Notes under the pieces: model-generated
Databases searched by the model: none
Seen by the model: only the letters and a program-made list of their open reading frames with translations
What the model was told of the DNA's origin: nothing
Assembly: GCA_937875545.1 (NCBI GenBank)
Contig: CALLYE010000139.1
Location: forward strand, 1-57,860
Direction: 5' to 3'
Length of the DNA stretch: 57,860 nucleotides
Origin: an uncultured Clostridia bacterium
GTDB lineage: Bacteria > Bacillota > Clostridia > Oscillospirales > CAG-272
Translations under genes and position numbers: made by a program
Shown: in pieces, positions 53,493-57,860 of the stretch
Numbering within the stretch: position 1 is the first letter of the stretch
Layout of the letters: every line of letters starts with the position of its first letter

Positions 53493-54887
53493 ATGTTTTC
53501 AAGTTTAATGGATAAAATGTCGGATGCCTTTAAGAAATTCCGAAATAAAGGCAAGCTGACCGAAGCGGATGTGCGAGAGGGAATGCGTGAGATAAAACTC
53601 GCGCTGCTTGAAGCCGACGTAAACTTTAAAGTGGTGCGCGATTTTGTGGCGAAGGTCACCGAACGCGCTGTCGGTGCAGAGGTGCTGGAGAGTCTTGTTC
53701 CCGCGCAGCAGATAGTTAAAATCGTCAATGAAGAATTAATCGCGCTGATGGGAGGTACGGCGGCGAAACTGAACGTTTCATCCCACCCGCCGACGGTCAT
53801 AATGATGGCGGGACTTCAGGGCGCGGGTAAAACCACGCACGCCGCGAAACTCGCCGCTATGTTAAAATCGCAGGGTAAGCGTCCGCTGCTCGTCGCGTGC
53901 GACGTCTACCGTCCAGCCGCGATAAAACAGCTCCAAATCGTGGGCGAACAGGCGGGCGTGCCTGTATACCAGCTCGGCGACACGGTGAAGCCCGTCGAAA
54001 TTGCCAAAGCGGGTGTAAAAAACGCCATTGAACACGGCAATGACTATGTGCTCATCGATACCGCCGGACGACTTCATATCGACGAAGCGATGATGGAGGA
54101 GCTGAAAAACATAAAAACGGCGACGAACCCGTCGGAGATTTTGCTGGTCGTCGACGCGATGACCGGTCAGGATGCAGTTAATGTAGCGCAAACCTTTAAT
54201 GATATGCTCGACATTACGGGCGTGATCCTCACCAAGCTTGACGGCGATACGCGCGGGGGCGCGGCGCTGTCGGTACGGCATGTGACGGGCAAACCTATAA
54301 AATTCGTCGGTACGGGCGAAAAGCTCGATAAACTCGAGGCGTTCCACCCCGAACGCATGGCGTCGCGAATACTCGGCATGGGCGACGTGCTGTCGTTGAT
54401 CGAGAAAGCCGAATCCGCTTATGACGAGAAAAAGGCTGCGGAGCTGGAGCGCAAGCTGCGCGAAAACTCGTTCACGCTCAATGACTTTTTAGATCAGTTC
54501 AAGCAGCTTCGCAAAATGGGTTCACTGGATCAGATCATGGGTATGATACCGGGCATTAAACCGGGTGACATCGACGCCTCGAAAATAGATGAACGCGCCA
54601 TCGACCGTATGGAAGCGACCATTCTCTCCATGACGCTCGAGGAACGCGTCAAACCCGAGATTATCGGCGCGTCGCGCAAGAAGCGCATTGCCACAGGCAG
54701 CGGCAACACAGTCGAAAACGTTAATAAGCTGCTGAAACAGTTTGAGGCGACGCAAAAAATGATGAAGCAGATCTCGGGCGGAATGCCGAATTTAAAAGGT
54801 ATGGGCAAGCTGCCGGGCGGAATGGGACGCATATCGAAAGCGCAGCAAAAGGCACAAAAAAATCAAAAAAAGAAAAAGCGCAAATAA
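53493..54887 (+). CDS. ffh: Signal recognition particle protein
   Basis: GLQGAGKTT, DTAGR, TKLDGD, RILGMGD; M domain. Confidence 0.98.
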   Translation: MFSSLMDKMSDAFKKFRNKGKLTEADVREGMREIKLALLEADVNFKVVRDFVAKVTERAVGAEVLESLVPAQQIVKIVNEELIALMGGTAAKLNVSSHPPTVIMMAGLQGAGKTTHAAKLAAMLKSQGKRPLLVACDVYRPAAIKQLQIVGEQAGVPVYQLGDTVKPVEIAKAGVKNAIEHGNDYVLIDTAGRLHIDEAMMEELKNIKTATNPSEILLVVDAMTGQDAVNVAQTFNDMLDITGVILTKLDGDTRGGAALSVRHVTGKPIKFVGTGEKLDKLEAFHPERMASRILGMGDVLSLIEKAESAYDEKKAAELERKLRENSFTLNDFLDQFKQLRKMGSLDQIMGMIPGIKPGDIDASKIDERAIDRMEATILSMTLEERVKPEIIGASRKKRIATGSGNTVENVNKLLKQFEATQKMMKQISGGMPNLKGMGKLPGGMGRISKAQQKAQKNQKKKKRK

Positions 54888-54948
54888 ATAACGGTATATC
54901 TAAATTAAGATATAAATTATAAAAAATATTTTGGAGGCTTATAATTCC

Positions 54949-55197
54949 ATGGCAGTTAAAATCAGACTCAGACGTATCGGCGCAAAGAAAGCGCCCTTCT
55001 ATCGGCTGGTGGTCGCGGACTCACGCTATCCCCGCGACGGCAGATTCATAGAGGAAATCGGTTATTACAATCCGCTCACCAATCCGGCGGATGTGAAGAT
55101 CGACGCCGAAAAAGCGAAAAAATGGCTGGAGAATGGCGCGCAGCCGACCGACACCGTCCGCGCGCTGCTCAAAAAGCAGAACATCATCAGCGGCTGA
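54949..55197 (+). CDS. rpsP: 30S ribosomal protein S16
   Basis: [34 protein letters not shown]. Confidence 0.98.
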   Translation: MAVKIRLRRIGAKKAPFYRLVVADSRYPRDGRFIEEIGYYNPLTNPADVKIDAEKAKKWLENGAQPTDTVRALLKKQNIISG

Positions 55198-55216
55198 GTC
55201 CGCCCGGTAATATAAA

Positions 55217-55462
55217 ATGGTCGATTTAAAAAAACTTTTAGTCGATATAGCGTCGGCACTTGTTGATAAGCCCGACGAAATTTCCGTAACCGAGGAATCC
55301 GACGGCAGCGACATTACGCTTTATTTAACCGTTGCTGACGGCGACATGGGCAAGGTTATAGGAAAGCATGGACGAATCGCAAAGTCGATCCGCATGGTAA
55401 TGAAAGCGGCGGCAAACTCCGCCGACTGCCGTGTTAACGTAGAAATCGTCGATAAAGAGTAA
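55217..55462 (+). CDS. khpA: KH-domain RNA-binding protein KhpA/YlqC
   Basis: DMGKVIGKHGRIAKSIR. Confidence 0.93.
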   Translation: MVDLKKLLVDIASALVDKPDEISVTEESDGSDITLYLTVADGDMGKVIGKHGRIAKSIRMVMKAAANSADCRVNVEIVDKE

Positions 55463-55470
55463 AAAAACAG

Positions 55471-55561
55471 ATATACATGGGACTGAGTGACCGTTTTATA
55501 GTCACCCAGTCCCAATGTATATATAAAGCCGCGCGTTTGGGAATTCTCCAAACGCGCGGCT
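55471..55561. terminator. Two adjacent hairpins between convergent genes
   Basis: atatacatgggactgagtgac/gtcacccagtcccaatgtatat and agccgcgcgtttgg/ccaaacgcgcggct. Confidence 0.75.
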
Positions 55562-55566
55562 CGGTT

Positions 55567-57120
55567 TTATTTCACTGATAAATCTATCATACCGCCGTCC
55601 GCACAGACGGCAAAGTCGTCGCCGAACCGACCGCGGCGGAGCGTGACGGAATACGGATACGCGTTATAACGCAGTGCGACGCTGTTTTTTGACGAAGCGT
55701 CAATAGACGGCAGCGATTGGTTCTGGTTGTCCCACCGAGGGAGCAGCATCAGCTTTTCCGCGTTTTCCCCGGCAATTATCGAGATACCGTCCGGTCTTAA
55801 TGTTATTGTGATAACTCCGCAGGCGGTGCCGTAAAAACACAGAATCGCGTTTTCTCCGTCCTCGGAATAACGAAGCTCGTTAAAAGTAATTTCTTCCTGT
55901 CCGAGCATGGGATATATCCCCGCGCGTACGCCGTGACCGCTCCAGCGGTTCCCGTCCATAACCGGAAGATTGTCAAACTGCAGACTGTCAGAATCACAGA
56001 CCGTTTCAAAATAGCGTTCGCGGTATTTTTCATCGAAAAGGTATAGATCGCGAATCCAGAACCGGCCCCGCTCCGCGAATATGTTGACGCGGTAATTTTT
56101 ACAGTTATACCACACCGATTTGCGACCCTCGTTACGCCAATCGGTATGCGCCGTAACGGCAGTGGCGGGAGTCTGCGCAAAAGCAGATTTGAACCATCTG
56201 CCGGTTTCGCCCAGCGTTTCAACCTCGAGCTTGTTTTCCGCCCGCAATTTGGCGATTTGTTCAATCTGATACGTCAAACCTTTTTTCATCGCCGGCCAAC
56301 CGAAGCTGTTCTCCTGCCCGACTTGTGTATAGCCGAAATTTATACAATCTCCATTGAAATTTTCCATAAAATACCAATCAACCCATTGCGGAATCCCGCC
56401 GCCGCCCGTCGCCCCGATATATACAGGCTCTAAAGTGATAACGCCCTGCAGATCCGCGGCGCCGTCCTTGAGGTTCAATCCGCAATCATACTGATATATC
56501 GGGTCAGAACCGAGCATACGGAAAATCGGGGTGTCAATCTGCTCCTCCCGCGTTTGCGCGGGGCAGAGTATATTGTTTTTACTGGGATAATAGCCTTGGT
56601 TATAATAGCCGCCCCACAAGGTGTAGCCGTCAGTCCCCCATTGCTCCTTGCAGTTGCAGGCGGCGTCTATGCCATAGGTTGACGAGAGGTATTCCAGCGT
56701 GTACGCGTCAAACGCCCAACAGCCCAGTGAACGCGGATAAAAGCCGAATATCGTTTTAAAATCCTCCATAACAACATCGACTAATTTTTTTCGTTCATCC
56801 GGCGTATATCCGACCAAAAACCCGCAGTGCGCGTGCCAGTCCCAAACCGTACGCCCACGCCATTTTAATCCCGCTTTTTCGACAAGTGGCTGAACGATCT
56901 CCAACCAGATACCTGCTTCGATATTATCTGATAAAACGTTTTTCAGCGGCTGCGTATAGGCGGGGTCAATTAACGCGTCGTACTGGAGCAGGAAGGTGCC
57001 TTTAAGATTGTGCTTTTTAAGCAGCTTAATCTGCTCTAAAACCGGTGTAAGCAGGTCTATATGCTCTCTCGGTTCATTTCCCCGTATGAAATTTACAATG
57101 TTGACGATCTGTCGTTTCAA
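55567..57120 (-). CDS. Hypothetical protein, possibly a NodB/GH57-like barrel carbohydrate-active enzyme
   Basis: Long well-formed ORF with RBS CAGGA and TTG start; GTFLLQYDAL and FKTIFGFYPRSLG resemble deacetylase/GH57 barrel motifs; function inferred only. Confidence 0.6.
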   Translation of the reverse strand: MKRQIVNIVNFIRGNEPREHIDLLTPVLEQIKLLKKHNLKGTFLLQYDALIDPAYTQPLKNVLSDNIEAGIWLEIVQPLVEKAGLKWRGRTVWDWHAHCGFLVGYTPDERKKLVDVVMEDFKTIFGFYPRSLGCWAFDAYTLEYLSSTYGIDAACNCKEQWGTDGYTLWGGYYNQGYYPSKNNILCPAQTREEQIDTPIFRMLGSDPIYQYDCGLNLKDGAADLQGVITLEPVYIGATGGGGIPQWVDWYFMENFNGDCINFGYTQVGQENSFGWPAMKKGLTYQIEQIAKLRAENKLEVETLGETGRWFKSAFAQTPATAVTAHTDWRNEGRKSVWYNCKNYRVNIFAERGRFWIRDLYLFDEKYRERYFETVCDSDSLQFDNLPVMDGNRWSGHGVRAGIYPMLGQEEITFNELRYSEDGENAILCFYGTACGVITITLRPDGISIIAGENAEKLMLLPRWDNQNQSLPSIDASSKNSVALRYNAYPYSVTLRRGRFGDDFAVCADGGMIDLSVK

Positions 57121-57185
57121 TGTTTCCTGTCTCCTGAATGATTAATCGTTTTGTTTGCTAATGGGTTATATTATTATATACCGCG

Positions 57186-57860
57186 TCAATATACAACCAT
57201 CACGGAATATAGCCGCACGATCATTTCCACCGCGTCGGCGAAAGTAACCGCGGCGTACGGCTCAAACAGCGCGTCCGCGTCGATGACGCCGTAGGACTGC
57301 ATACAGCGCACGGCGGTGAGCGCGGCTCGGTCTATTTGCGTTTCGTCCTGGAAAGCAAGGTATTCGCGGACGGGCAGCGCGTAGACCGAGGTATAGTCGG
57401 TCGCGTATTTTGTAATGATAGCGTCGATAGCGGCGCGTTCGGGTTGGGTCGCTTCGGGGTCAAATATATATACCGCGGTGTCAATGCGGAAAGTCTCCGC
57501 GATCTTTTTGCGGCGTATAGAATCAAGCGTGAGGTCATGCGGATCTTTCAAAATGAAATACGCGTCCAAAATACGCTGCTCGGCAGGGGTAACAAGACTG
57601 TATAGATATTCATATTCCTTTTTGCTTAAAACGGAGTATACAGCCTCGCTGCCGTCGGTGCGAGTAAATGAATAGTCGCGCATCGGCAGAATGTTGTTGG
57701 CGAGCGAAATATAGTCGAACCCGCACATTGCCTGATCACGCGCCATCATCGCATAAGTGTAGGACGAATGCTCGAGCAGCCGCAGGGTCAGCGCGGCGGC
57801 GTCAGTCGGATCGAGTTTTGCGGACAACACATAAATTACAGTATCGGCATACGTGGGGTT
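57186..57860 (-). CDS. 3' end of a protein with a C-terminal SLH-like motif (truncated by window edge)
   Basis: Frame open to the window end; FQDETQI...AAVRCMQSYGVI...FEPYAAVTFADAVEMIVRL. Confidence 0.65.
   Translation of the reverse strand, partial: NPTYADTVIYVLSAKLDPTDAAALTLRLLEHSSYTYAMMARDQAMCGFDYISLANNILPMRDYSFTRTDGSEAVYSVLSKKEYEYLYSLVTPAEQRILDAYFILKDPHDLTLDSIRRKKIAETFRIDTAVYIFDPEATQPERAAIDAIITKYATDYTSVYALPVREYLAFQDETQIDRAALTAVRCMQSYGVIDADALFEPYAAVTFADAVEMIVRLYSVMVVY

Overview
Chromosomal region of a moderately GC-rich (roughly 50%) anaerobic Clostridia-class Firmicute. No rRNA, tRNA, CRISPR array, transposase or phage genes were recognised. The accessory left arm (1-17 kb) holds three ECF-sigma-related proteins with very large C-terminal extensions (two are a convergent paralogue pair), an SPFH/zinc-ribbon protein, a solute-binding lipoprotein with a URO-D-family enzyme, a tandem triplet of unknown helical proteins joined by near-identical DNA junctions, and recQ. 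Next come a CadC/HMA/CadA metal-efflux module, a GH116 glycosidase bracketed by ~148-bp inverted repeats, and a rex-lysR-adhE-kinase-hfsABC(hydS)-hydCBA fermentation/H2-sensing cluster. After that are a tRNA methyltransferase, a GH38 mannosidase, a frameshifted proC, pyrB with a fused PyrI-like Zn finger, yajC with the SCIFF ranthipeptide locus, an AraC/URO-D pair, a frameshifted XRE gene and ylxM-ffh-rpsP-khpA. Intergenic DNA is dense in at least three families of short palindromic repeats. Some copies bracket cargo genes and some appear to have become part of coding sequences. The best candidates for undescribed systems are the junction-homogenised triplet, the ECF fusion family with an internal restart site, and the repeat-bracketed glycosidase cassettes. 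All calls come from manual reading; no database searches were run.
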